64,000 nucleotides of DNA from contig CAVTTL010000001.1 of NCBI GenBank assembly GCA_963737635.1, positions 864,001 to 928,000 of the forward strand. Direction: 5' to 3'. This DNA comes from an uncultured Methanoregulaceae archaeon. Lineage in GTDB: Archaea; Halobacteriota; Methanomicrobia; Methanomicrobiales; Methanospirillaceae. The notes beneath the pieces are model-generated. The model made no database searches and was not told where the DNA came from. It saw nothing but the letters and a program-made list of their open reading frames with translations. Each line of letters starts with the position of its first letter. Position 1 is the stretch's first letter. Positions 55,759 to 64,000 of the stretch are shown here, one piece after another. The position numbers and the translations under genes were made by a program.

Positions 55759-56647
55759 CTATTCCCTCTTCCGTACCGGATTCCTTGCATCACAAGGAAC
55801 GCCGGTCTGGCACAACCCGCATCCATAATCATCGATGCCAAACTGCTTTTTTACGTACGGACTGGTGATGCCCATCAGGTACGCATGGCATAATCCCTTG
55901 TCGTGTCCCTTTTCCGAGATTGCCCCCGCTGGGCAGCGCACGATACATTTTCCGCAGGTGTCGTGCGTGGAGTGCAAGCAATATGCATGAGGATCGGTAT
56001 AAGGTCTGGGAGTTGGTGGAACCACGATACGCGCAATGACCGAGCCACAGCGCATGGCTTTGCCCTTTTGGGTGATCAGACCGTCGCAGAGGCCAAATGT
56101 TCCCAGCCCGGACACATACGCGGCATGTCGTTCGGACCAGACTGAAGCAAATCCGTACTTCGGTGACACGCCAACCGAAAAGAACGGTGTGTATTGGGGT
56201 GCGACTGCAGTATATCCTGCATTCTTCAAGAGATCAACGACGTACTGGGAGAGTATCCTATCAAACGTGGATCCGTAATGCTTCGCCCGTGCCCACCGTT
56301 CGGAAGGCAGTGAAGTTTCCCTTGCGTTATCCGAAATGGTCGCCGGGATATTGGGCAGGATCCAGCTGATCACTGTGAGATCTTCTGCCTTGGCATCGGT
56401 TTCCGGAAAAGATTTCCTGAATATTTCTATCGGCATCATGAAGGGAGATCCGATATCCTTTTGAAGGAACTCGTACAGCGGGTCCGCCCCGTTTGAGAAC
56501 CCGATCAAGGGTTCATCGCAGGCCCGGTCATGCTCCGCATTCATGAGACTATTCTCAGGCGATGTCCGGCAGAACTCCCGGATGCTCCCGGTCAGCCAGA
56601 CAGCGGGATTATTCCCGGTATCGTGGTTCTCAGATTTCAGCTTTCAT
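55759..56647 (-). CDS. QueG/reductive-dehalogenase-like Fe-S (cobalamin) protein (extra A just after the start at 56647)
   Basis: IGFSNGADP, WSERHAAYVSGLGTFG, RCGSV, CGKCIVRCPAGAIS, CGLCQTGVPC; AAGGAG RBS before ATG 56647. Confidence 0.8.
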
Positions 56648-56725
56648 AACTCCTTCACACTCATCGGGCACCCGCCCGTTCTGATACTATATTATTCATA
56701 GGTTCCGGCAGATAGGGCATGACTG

Positions 56726-57301
56726 TCACGTCGCGTCGTGGCTTGGAATAGTCGCATATTTTTTCTTTAAATGTTTTGGATACCAGATAGTGAAGATGAT
56801 CCCGCACACAAGGACGATATAGGTTGTTACCTGTACGTTCCCCCGGATAGTTCCCGGGACAACGAGCATGATCGCGCTCAGTCCGAGATTTACCAAAAAA
56901 ACCCCAGCCCATACACCCGTAATCAGGATATTAACCCGGATAAAGAAGGGATTCTCCCATAGTTTCTTATCAACCATTTCGCGTGCATACTGCAGGGTGA
57001 ATGGCATACCAACCAGGATCGATCCGATCGTGACTGCTGCAAGCGCCGCATAGATAAGGACTCCCATATACGGGATAACTCCCACAATGCCAAAGATACC
57101 GATTGCGATCAGAGCGCACCCGAACAACACGAGGTTTGCCCATATCAGGATCATACCTTTGCGCAGATCTGTCCACCCGATAACGATGGTAGCAACGGTT
57201 GCTGCCGCAAGTGCCATTGTGACGCTGAAGACGGAACTCCCGGCAAGGACACCATAGATGATCAAAGGGACAAAACCAAGGAACAGGCCGGCATTTCTCA
57301 T
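56726..57301 (-). CDS. Integral membrane protein (about 6 TM)
   Basis: Hydrophobic helices; PFTLQYARE...F.RVN...T.VW motif. Confidence 0.75.
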   Translation of the reverse strand: MRNAGLFLGFVPLIIYGVLAGSSVFSVTMALAAATVATIVIGWTDLRKGMILIWANLVLFGCALIAIGIFGIVGVIPYMGVLIYAALAAVTIGSILVGMPFTLQYAREMVDKKLWENPFFIRVNILITGVWAGVFLVNLGLSAIMLVVPGTIRGNVQVTTYIVLVCGIIFTIWYPKHLKKKYATIPSHDAT

Positions 57302-57316
57302 TATTCATCTCCGTAA

Positions 57317-58702
57317 TCATGCATTCCGGAGCACGCTCTCAAACGGCTGGATCATATGGTGTTTTATATCGGCGAACACTTTTTTCCGGAAACCGGGGAT
57401 TCGGGTAAGTGGGATGAGGATTGCATTAAATAATCGGGTCTTAAAGTCAGTCTGCGGAAAATCAAACATGCCGTGTTCTTTGAAGTACCGGTAATCTGCC
57501 TGGAATGCCAACCTTAAACTCCCGTAAATGCTATCACGGAATATTTTGTGGCCTCCGATCGCGTAGAAGGTATGCGGAGGTATGTAATCTATCTCTGCAC
57601 ATTGCAAAAGACGCGATGCCATGGCATCAAGCAGGGTATCAAGTTCCCTGGAACCTGAAACTTCGTCGGTAACAAATTGTCCATTACATCCGCCATTGTC
57701 GACCCACGCGGCAAGTGCCTCTTTCAGGTGAGGGATCTGGTGGAAGGGACCTGCGATTACAAACCCGATCTGTTTGCCTTTAAGACTTGGTGTATGCCCA
57801 TTGAAAAAACTCCGGTCGAAAAACTGCTTCCACGTCGATGAAAGATACCGGTCGTGTACCGAGCCTGCCATAATAATGATATCAGCAGGCACGAGTTTGC
57901 TTTTGAAAAAGTCAACATATCCATCGTTATAGATGCAGGTGTTATCATACCCGCACTGGCAGCACCCGAGACAGCCTCCCTTTATATTCAGGTCATGGAG
58001 ATTGATCAGCTCAACAGAACCGGAAAAATTCTCCGAAAGCCTGCCGGTCATCGTCGCGAGATTGGGTGAACTGCCATCGGAATCAGTGAGGATGGCAACC
58101 TTTTTTGCACCTGTTTTAACCGTTTTTTGCTGTGTACCTGGAACGTACGAAAAGACCGGCCAGACAAGGGGAGCGTTCTCCCGCTGGACCGGGATCTTTT
58201 CCTGAACTGCGGCAATGAGGAGAGACGCGAATTTCTCCAGACGCTTTTGCTCCTCGACCTTTAAGAGATCCCTCATCTCCGCGGAATAAAACCCGAGATA
58301 TTTCATCCCGAGATCGTCACTGATGGCATGGATGTAGGCATGAGCGGTCTGGTCGAAGAAATGGATCGATGTTGAAAGAGATGCAGAGTATGCCCCGGCG
58401 AATGCATCCTGTGCTTTTCGCTCAAAGATGAGTTCGATAAACCGCTTGTACTGGGAGCAGACGACGAGGTAATAGAGAGGGAATGCCCAGAGGACAATAT
58501 CTGCAGATCGGATGATTTCAAGAATGTTATTCCATGTCGCGGTATCCTTCTCAATCCTTTTGATCTCAGCTGCTACATTGAACACTTCATACGTATGGTC
58601 CGGGAATTTTTTCCGGATATAAGCAACATACTGCATTGTGACACTGACATCGCCTTTCGGGCTGCCATTCAACACAACAATTTTCATACCGTTATTCCCC
58701 AA
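57317..58702 (-). CDS. Tandem double-flavodoxin NAD(P)H-dependent oxidoreductase with Fe-S motif
   Basis: NGSPKG..SVT N-terminal domain; second domain GGCLGCCQCGYDNTC and KQFFDR. Confidence 0.85.
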   Translation of the reverse strand: MGNNGMKIVVLNGSPKGDVSVTMQYVAYIRKKFPDHTYEVFNVAAEIKRIEKDTATWNNILEIIRSADIVLWAFPLYYLVVCSQYKRFIELIFERKAQDAFAGAYSASLSTSIHFFDQTAHAYIHAISDDLGMKYLGFYSAEMRDLLKVEEQKRLEKFASLLIAAVQEKIPVQRENAPLVWPVFSYVPGTQQKTVKTGAKKVAILTDSDGSSPNLATMTGRLSENFSGSVELINLHDLNIKGGCLGCCQCGYDNTCIYNDGYVDFFKSKLVPADIIIMAGSVHDRYLSSTWKQFFDRSFFNGHTPSLKGKQIGFVIAGPFHQIPHLKEALAAWVDNGGCNGQFVTDEVSGSRELDTLLDAMASRLLQCAEIDYIPPHTFYAIGGHKIFRDSIYGSLRLAFQADYRYFKEHGMFDFPQTDFKTRLFNAILIPLTRIPGFRKKVFADIKHHMIQPFESVLRNA

Positions 58703-58731
58703 ATTCCGTCTCGGATTTTTTTCATGATTAT

Positions 58732-58962
58732 TTATTCGTCGGGCTTACTTGCACTGTCAAGGATCTGCCGTGCGAATTCCTGGAGGGCATCTGCTTTCAC
58801 AAGCGCTATGCCGCGTTCCACGTCACCGAGCACCAGAAGGATATCCCCCTGCTTGATGTCGAAAATCTCCCGGGCTTCCTTTGGAATGACAATCTGCCCC
58901 CGTTCACCGACTTTCACGCTGCCAAAGAGGTATTTGGTTTTCTCCTTCCGTGGTGCGATCAT
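58732..58962 (-). CDS. AbrB/MazE/SpoVT family regulator
   Basis: VKVGERGQIVIPKEAREIFDIKQGD.L. Confidence 0.9.
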   Translation of the reverse strand: MIAPRKEKTKYLFGSVKVGERGQIVIPKEAREIFDIKQGDILLVLGDVERGIALVKADALQEFARQILDSASKPDE

Positions 58963-58991
58963 ATCGCTTACAAGATCTTCTTCTCCACATT

Positions 58992-59023
58992 TCATATTTT
59001 TCATACTTATCATATTTGTATGA
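58992..59023. promoter_or_regulatory. Tandem 9-bp repeats upstream of the AbrB gene, probable operator
   Basis: TCATATTTT, TCATACTTA, TCATATTTG followed by inverted TATGA. Confidence 0.6.
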
Positions 59024-59376
59024 TTAATTGTATTTATCATTTTCTTTGTAATAAATATAACAGGATGGAGAGATGTTGTACCTGGATCTCTCTGTCGATC
59101 AGGACGAAGTTTTCTTTTAAAATAGGTTTCCACTTTTGGAACGAGCGGCAAAAATCACCGAGGTAGTATTGAACAAATATCTATCTCTTTTACATTAAAC
59201 GGATAAATCCGCGAAGAATATGTGTGCATATGGACAGGCAAAAATCGGGCTAACCTGAATTTTGCAATTTTAACATCAGGGACTATCTGTCAAATGGATA
59301 AAGCCCGGAAAAATAACGCACGGAAAAATGCCCAGGTTAAAAGAATTATAAAAATGATGGATCTTTATCCTACGAT

Positions 59377-59932
59377 TTAATCGTGGTGGGGGAGCAGCAG
59401 CCGGACTATCTTGTCACCGGTCTTTTTGGCATGGGCAAGGGCTTTTTCATCGCTCATAATATCACCTTCGTCCGTTCCAATCCCGGTGACCGACCCCAGG
59501 GATGCAAATTCGTGGGCGTCAAGGAAGCCTTCTATCGTCTTAACTGCCCGTTCCGCACCAGCCGATGCGTTGACAGCTACTGCAATCCCCTTTCGGCCGG
59601 CTGAGCTTGCGCTCATGGTAAAGCGAGTACGTGCGGTCGATGAAATTCTTGAGCTGGCCGCAGACATCATAGTAATAGGTGGGTGACCCGATTACAAGCA
59701 CCTCGCACTCAAGCATCTTCTCAGCAATGCTTCCCCAGTCGTCTCCTTCAAGAGCGCACCAGTTCTTTTCTCTGCACTTCCCACAACCGATGCAGGGAAG
59801 GATCTTCTTGCCGGCAAGGGAGACAAATTCTGTTTTGATTCCTCCATCTTTGCACTGCCCTAGGATCACCTGGATGAGCTGGGCCGTGTTTCCCTCTTTT
59901 CGCATGCTGCCCGATATCCCGAGAACTTTCAT
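59377..59932 (-). CDS. Iron-sulfur flavoprotein/flavodoxin family (indel near 59603)
   Basis: ISGSMRKEGNT, PCIGCGKC..C, GSPTYY..LKNFIDR. Confidence 0.87.
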
Positions 59933-60384
59933 AGGTTACCCCTCCCTTTTGGGATAATGATAGTTTTGATTCCGGAAGTGAGCCCAAGGCCGGCACATGC
60001 CGCAATGATCTCCTGCCCGGGGTCCTCATCTCGGTACAGAAGATGGGACGGGCAGTCGCAGTCGCTGCACCCGAATCCTGGTACTTCAGGTCCACTAAGG
60101 GCTTCTGCAAGCCGGCATTCGAGCCGTTCTGTAGTCGGGGCGGATACCGCGTACGCGACAGCAAACCGGGGATCCGTGAGCAGGTAATCGATATGCCATT
60201 TCGGCCGCTTGTCCCGGTGCTCTGCGAGACTGAGGTGTCGTTCGAGCCGCACAAGCCCCCCGGGCCCGAGAGCAGATCCGACGTAGCAGTGCCACCCTTT
60301 CGCAAACGAAAGGGGACCAAGCGCCCCGACCCACACCGTGCAGGCAGGATTTTTTAAAACGAGACAGTAGATCCCTTTATCCAT
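59929..60384 (-). CDS. GIY-YIG nuclease family (DUF123/Uri-like)
   Basis: KGIYCL, YVGSA, RLERH, WHIDYL, EC.LA, FGCSDCDCPSHL. Confidence 0.85.
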   Translation of the reverse strand: MDKGIYCLVLKNPACTVWVGALGPLSFAKGWHCYVGSALGPGGLVRLERHLSLAEHRDKRPKWHIDYLLTDPRFAVAYAVSAPTTERLECRLAEALSGPEVPGFGCSDCDCPSHLLYRDEDPGQEIIAACAGLGLTSGIKTIIIPKGRGNL

Positions 60385-60979
60385 ACCCGGCCTTCATGAG
60401 CTGCCGGGCCGCTTCGATGTGCCGTTTTCCGCCACAGTCCACTGGCTGGCCATGACCCGGATACAGGCCCTCTACATCAAGCTCCCCGAGCCGGTCGAGA
60501 GATTTTTCCAGTGCCTGCCTGCTTCCCCCGGGGAAATCGAACCGGCCGAACGCACCGTCAGTAAACACCGTATCGCCGCTGATGAGTACCTTGTCCGGCG
60601 CAGAGTAGAGGCAGATGCTCCCCGGGGTATGGCCCGGGGTATGGATGACCCGAAGGCCGCCGATAGTGTCGCCATCGTTGAGGATGATATCCGGTGCAAT
60701 TCCGGGAGAACGGGAACCAAAGTGCATTGAAAGGCTTTTTGCATCCTCGACAAGCCCAGCGGCATCTTCATGGTGGATCGCGATCTTTGCCTTGCACATG
60801 TGGGCGATCTCTTTTACATGGGCGATATGGTCAAAGTGGCAGTGGGTCAGGACGATGGTATCGATCCCGGCCTTGTATTCCCTGATGGCCATCGGGAGAA
60901 GACCGGCGTCTACCAGGATATTTCCGAAAATATACGAGTTTGCAAACGCTCCCTGTTCGGGGATCCACCTGACCTTCAT
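60377..60979 (-). CDS. Metallo-beta-lactamase fold hydrolase (glyoxalase II-like)
   Basis: THCHFDH, HTPGHTPGS, SGDTVF, YPGHG; start MKVRWIP at 60979. Confidence 0.9.
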   Translation of the reverse strand: MKVRWIPEQGAFANSYIFGNILVDAGLLPMAIREYKAGIDTIVLTHCHFDHIAHVKEIAHMCKAKIAIHHEDAAGLVEDAKSLSMHFGSRSPGIAPDIILNDGDTIGGLRVIHTPGHTPGSICLYSAPDKVLISGDTVFTDGAFGRFDFPGGSRQALEKSLDRLGELDVEGLYPGHGQPVDCGGKRHIEAARQLMKAGYG

Positions 60980-61013
60980 GCACAATAATAAAGCATCCCA
61001 ACAGATGTTTGTT

Positions 61014-62294
61014 ATGGATGTGCTAATCCGCAGCTGCTCTTCCGGTGTTCCCGAAAACGTCGCAGAAGTAGCACGGGCGGAGGGCATGGACCCTGAGAAG
61101 ATGGCCCGGCGGATCGCTGCCGGGCGGATCGTGATCCCGGTAAACCCAAAGCGCCGGCACCGTTCCTGTGCCATCGGGCAGGGATGCACTGTCAAGGTAA
61201 ATGTGAATGTAGGGACCTCCGGCACCAGGTGCGATCTCTCGCTCGAGGAGAAGAAGGCCCAGGCTGCGCTCGATAACGGTGCCGATGCAATCATGGATCT
61301 TTCGACCGGAGGTGATCTTGTCGCAATCCGGAAAAAGATGCTTGCTCTTGACACCATGATCGGGACAGTACCGGTCTACGAAGCAGTCCGACGGGCGGGA
61401 AACGCGGCCGATGTGGACAGCGACCTGCTTTTTAAGGTCATCCGGGAACATTGCGAACAGGGCGTGGATTTTCTAACGCTTCACTGCGGGGTAAACCGGC
61501 AGGCACTCGACGCCCTCCGGCATGATCCGCGCCTGATGGGAGTGGTAAGCCGGGGCGGAACCTTCCACTGCGCGATGATGATGCTCCGTGACGAGGAAAA
61601 TCCGCTTTTTTCCGAATTCGATTATCTGTTAGAGATACTGGGGGAGTACGATGTCACGATCAGCCTTGGAGACGGGATGCGGCCTGGCTGTTTGCATGAC
61701 GCAGGCAAACTCGCAAAATCCGTGGAGTACGTGACGCTCGGGACGCTTGCAAAACGTGCACTGGCAAAGGGCGTACAGCGGATGATCGAAGGGCCGGGCC
61801 ATATGCCGTTCGACCAAGTGGGCTACAACGTGCGGATGATCAAGGAGATCACCGATCATGCACCTCTCTACCTGCTCGGGCCTATAGTGACTGACATTGC
61901 GCCGGGCTACGACCATGTAGTCGCGGCAATCGGTGGTGCGGAAGCCTGCCGGAACGGGGCAGATTTCCTCTGCATGGTCTCGCCAAGCGAACACCTCGCA
62001 TTGCCGGATGTCGAAGATATCATCGAGGGAACCCGGGTTGCGAAGATCGCGGCACATGTGGGGGATATAGTCCGGCGCCACGAGGGATTCAGGATGGAGC
62101 GCGAGGTGCAGATGGCAGAGGCCCGGCACCGGCTTGATTGGGACGCCCAGTTTCGTCTTGCCCTGTACGGCGATCACGCACGGGTGATCCACTGCCGTGA
62201 CGGGGAGACGGATACCTGCTCGATGTGCGGGGACTTCTGCGCGATCAAAATGGTTCGGGAACTGTTCGAAGGAAAGGATAATAATCGAAAGTAA
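61014..62294 (+). CDS. thiC: ThiC-family radical SAM enzyme (HMP-P synthase or BzaF-like paralog)
   Basis: KVNVNVGTS, MDLSTGG, GTVPVY, VSRGG, SLGDGMRPG, EGPGH, TDIAPGYDH, EHL.LP, CSMCGDFC. Confidence 0.88.
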   Translation: MDVLIRSCSSGVPENVAEVARAEGMDPEKMARRIAAGRIVIPVNPKRRHRSCAIGQGCTVKVNVNVGTSGTRCDLSLEEKKAQAALDNGADAIMDLSTGGDLVAIRKKMLALDTMIGTVPVYEAVRRAGNAADVDSDLLFKVIREHCEQGVDFLTLHCGVNRQALDALRHDPRLMGVVSRGGTFHCAMMMLRDEENPLFSEFDYLLEILGEYDVTISLGDGMRPGCLHDAGKLAKSVEYVTLGTLAKRALAKGVQRMIEGPGHMPFDQVGYNVRMIKEITDHAPLYLLGPIVTDIAPGYDHVVAAIGGAEACRNGADFLCMVSPSEHLALPDVEDIIEGTRVAKIAAHVGDIVRRHEGFRMEREVQMAEARHRLDWDAQFRLALYGDHARVIHCRDGETDTCSMCGDFCAIKMVRELFEGKDNNRK

Positions 62295-62309
62295 AGGTCA
62301 GTATTGAAA

Positions 62310-62744
62310 CTAGTCCTTTTTCTGGCCGGTTACCATTCCGACAATTTCTGCCCTGCTGACAGGTATCGTCCGGGAAAATCGTACCGGCTTTGAGATCAAC
62401 AGGAACGTTACTACCGCTGTTCCTTCGATCGTCACTTCTATCCCTCCCTTGATGATCAGTGCTGCAAACGCTCCGGCAAGTGCTGTATTGTGCGATGTAA
62501 CCAGGATTCGAATCACGGTTGAAGACCGGGCCGGGATCTTCGCGCTTCCGGTGTTTCCCGTCCCGATCTGAAGGTTATCGCCGTCTTTCAGGTACATGAC
62601 GGTAAAAGGACATTCCTGTAAGTCAGCACCCAACGGGTTGGGATTCTCCACACGGATCACCACCTCGAGATCGAGAGTCGAGAATGAAACGTTCTGGATC
62701 GATACACCTTCGAGCGTTACGACAGGGTCGGCAAGGATAGACAT
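62310..62744 (-). CDS. LEA type 2 / WHy domain protein
   Basis: V.NPN motif, all-beta pattern. Confidence 0.75.
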   Translation of the reverse strand: MSILADPVVTLEGVSIQNVSFSTLDLEVVIRVENPNPLGADLQECPFTVMYLKDGDNLQIGTGNTGSAKIPARSSTVIRILVTSHNTALAGAFAALIIKGGIEVTIEGTAVVTFLLISKPVRFSRTIPVSRAEIVGMVTGQKKD

Positions 62745-62801
62745 CCTACAAACCTTGGGAACGTAACGGGATAATCCTGCCCACGCGGGTATTCCTGTGT
62801 C

Positions 62802-63194
62802 TTACTTCGCTGCCAGTTTCAGGATACGGATTGCGAGATGTGCCGCGTTGTCGCCATTGTCGACACCCACGCACGCGACCGGCACGCCCTTTGGCATCTG
62901 GACGATCGAAAGAAGGGCATCAAAGCCATTCAGGGTCCCGCTGACCGGTACTCCTATAACGGGCTTGTTGGTCTTTGATGCGATAACACCGGGCAGTGCC
63001 GCAGAGAGCCCGGCAATGGCGATATAGACCCTGCATGCAGAGTTTTTGATATAGGCATCCAGCTTATCCGGGTCGCGGTGGGCTGAGATTATCTCGTAGT
63101 CCCAGGAGATCCCGTGCTCATCGAGAACCTTCTTTGCCTTATCGGCAATCGCGGCATCGGAAGCCGATCCGCAGATGATTGCTACGTCTGTCAT
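62802..63194 (-). CDS. purE: N5-CAIR mutase PurE
   Basis: [38 protein letters not shown]. Confidence 0.95.
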   Translation of the reverse strand: MTDVAIICGSASDAAIADKAKKVLDEHGISWDYEIISAHRDPDKLDAYIKNSACRVYIAIAGLSAALPGVIASKTNKPVIGVPVSGTLNGFDALLSIVQMPKGVPVACVGVDNGDNAAHLAIRILKLAAK

Positions 63195-63249
63195 AAACGC
63201 CATCCAAACTTATATCCAGTATATATAAATATACTATTGGCAGATCCAC

Positions 63250-64000
63250 ATGGAAAAAGAACTACTCCTCATGCTGCCCGGCCCGGTCCCGATGCCGGAA
63301 CGGGTCAGATTTGCTATGTCGCGCCAGGCGATCAACCACCGCAGTGCTGAATTCGGTGCAGTCTATGCAGACAGCGTGCGTATCTTAAAGTCTGCCTTTG
63401 GAACCGCAAACGACCTTTTTGTAATAAGCGGGTCCGGAACGGCCGGCATGGAGGCAGCAGTCTCGAACTTTTGCCGGGACAAGGAAATAGCCTGCCTCGT
63501 GAACGGCAAGTTCGGCGAACGGCTCTATAAGATCAGCCAGCGCTACGGGAAAGCCCACGAGATCACGTCCGAGTGGGGTACACCGCTCAATCTTGCAGCG
63601 CTCGAAGAACGGCTCGAAGCCGGCGCCCAGGCTGTTACCCTTGTACACAACGAAACCTCGGTCGGGATCAAGAACCCGGCGGCGGAGATCGGGAAACTCG
63701 CACACAAGCATGACGCGCTCTTTATCGTCGACGGGATCACATCCATCGGCGGCGATACGTTTGAAGCCGATGCCTGGGGTGTCGATGTCGCTATTGTCGG
63801 GTCCCAGAAATGTCTTGCCGCCCCGGCAGGCCTTGCTGCGGTTTCGGTGAGCGGCCGGGCGTGGGAGAGGCTCACTAAGAACCCACCGTACTACCTCGAT
63901 CTTGCCGCATACAAAAAGAGCGCTGCCGGTAAACCGATGGAGACTCCGTATACCCCGGCCGTCCCACTGTTTTTTGCGCTTCGCGAAGCCTGCCTCCTCG
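63250..64000 (+). CDS. Class V PLP aminotransferase (alanine-glyoxylate/serine-pyruvate family), runs off the window end
   Basis: Manual translation MEKELLLMLPGPVP..., HRSAEF, GSGTAGMEAA, VHNETSVG, GSQKCLAAPAG, TPYTP. Confidence 0.9.
   Translation, partial: MEKELLLMLPGPVPMPERVRFAMSRQAINHRSAEFGAVYADSVRILKSAFGTANDLFVISGSGTAGMEAAVSNFCRDKEIACLVNGKFGERLYKISQRYGKAHEITSEWGTPLNLAALEERLEAGAQAVTLVHNETSVGIKNPAAEIGKLAHKHDALFIVDGITSIGGDTFEADAWGVDVAIVGSQKCLAAPAGLAAVSVSGRAWERLTKNPPYYLDLAAYKKSAAGKPMETPYTPAVPLFFALREACLL

Noticed and set aside
3621-59932. Programmed frameshifting or mass pseudogenisation
   Set aside because: There is no common slippery motif, shifts go in both directions and essential genes are hit, which fits sequencing error.
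59929-60384. GIY-YIG protein as homing endonuclease or mobile element
   Set aside because: It is a short stand-alone DUF123 type inside an operon, with no intron, intein or flanking repeats.
60615-61357. Apparent long overlap of thiC-family and MBL ORFs
   Set aside because: An artefact of longest-ORF start choice; homology begins at 61014 and 60979.
1-64000. tRNA, rRNA, CRISPR arrays, transposases, integrases, inteins
   Set aside because: None were recognised by eye in intergenic regions or ORFs; tRNAscan-SE and Infernal scans would be needed to exclude small RNAs.

Overview
Archaeal chromosomal segment from a hydrogenotrophic methanogen. Gene content and protein style point to Methanomicrobiales, probably Methanoregula-like; this is inferred, not searched. 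The window holds a replication origin: three ORB boxes flank an AT-rich unwinding element upstream of orc1/cdc6. Housekeeping genes include gap, tyrS, rio1, KH/Dim2, hel308, cgi121, purA, trm112, cbiB, pdxS/T, PolD DP1, signal peptidase, two cofH, a thiC-family gene and purE. An energy/carbon block holds class II RNR, a K+-independent H+-PPase divergent from a complete echABCDEF operon, glycogen enzymes and archaeal PEP carboxylase. Accessory modules are a lipoprotein serpin, a giant HEAT-repeat protein, an HxlR-linked flavin/Fe-S redox cluster, a CheB-CheR-PAS plus HisKA_2 kinase pair between the two cofH paralogs, and an AbrB-led operon ending in a QueG/reductive-dehalogenase-like protein. 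About 23 frame breaks interrupt 19 genes, including essential ones, which is best explained by uncorrected long-read errors rather than pseudogenisation. I found no rRNA, tRNA, CRISPR array or transposase. No clearly novel system is proven. The best candidates are the AbrB operon with its 9-bp repeat operator and the two QueG-like proteins in an organism not expected to make queuosine.
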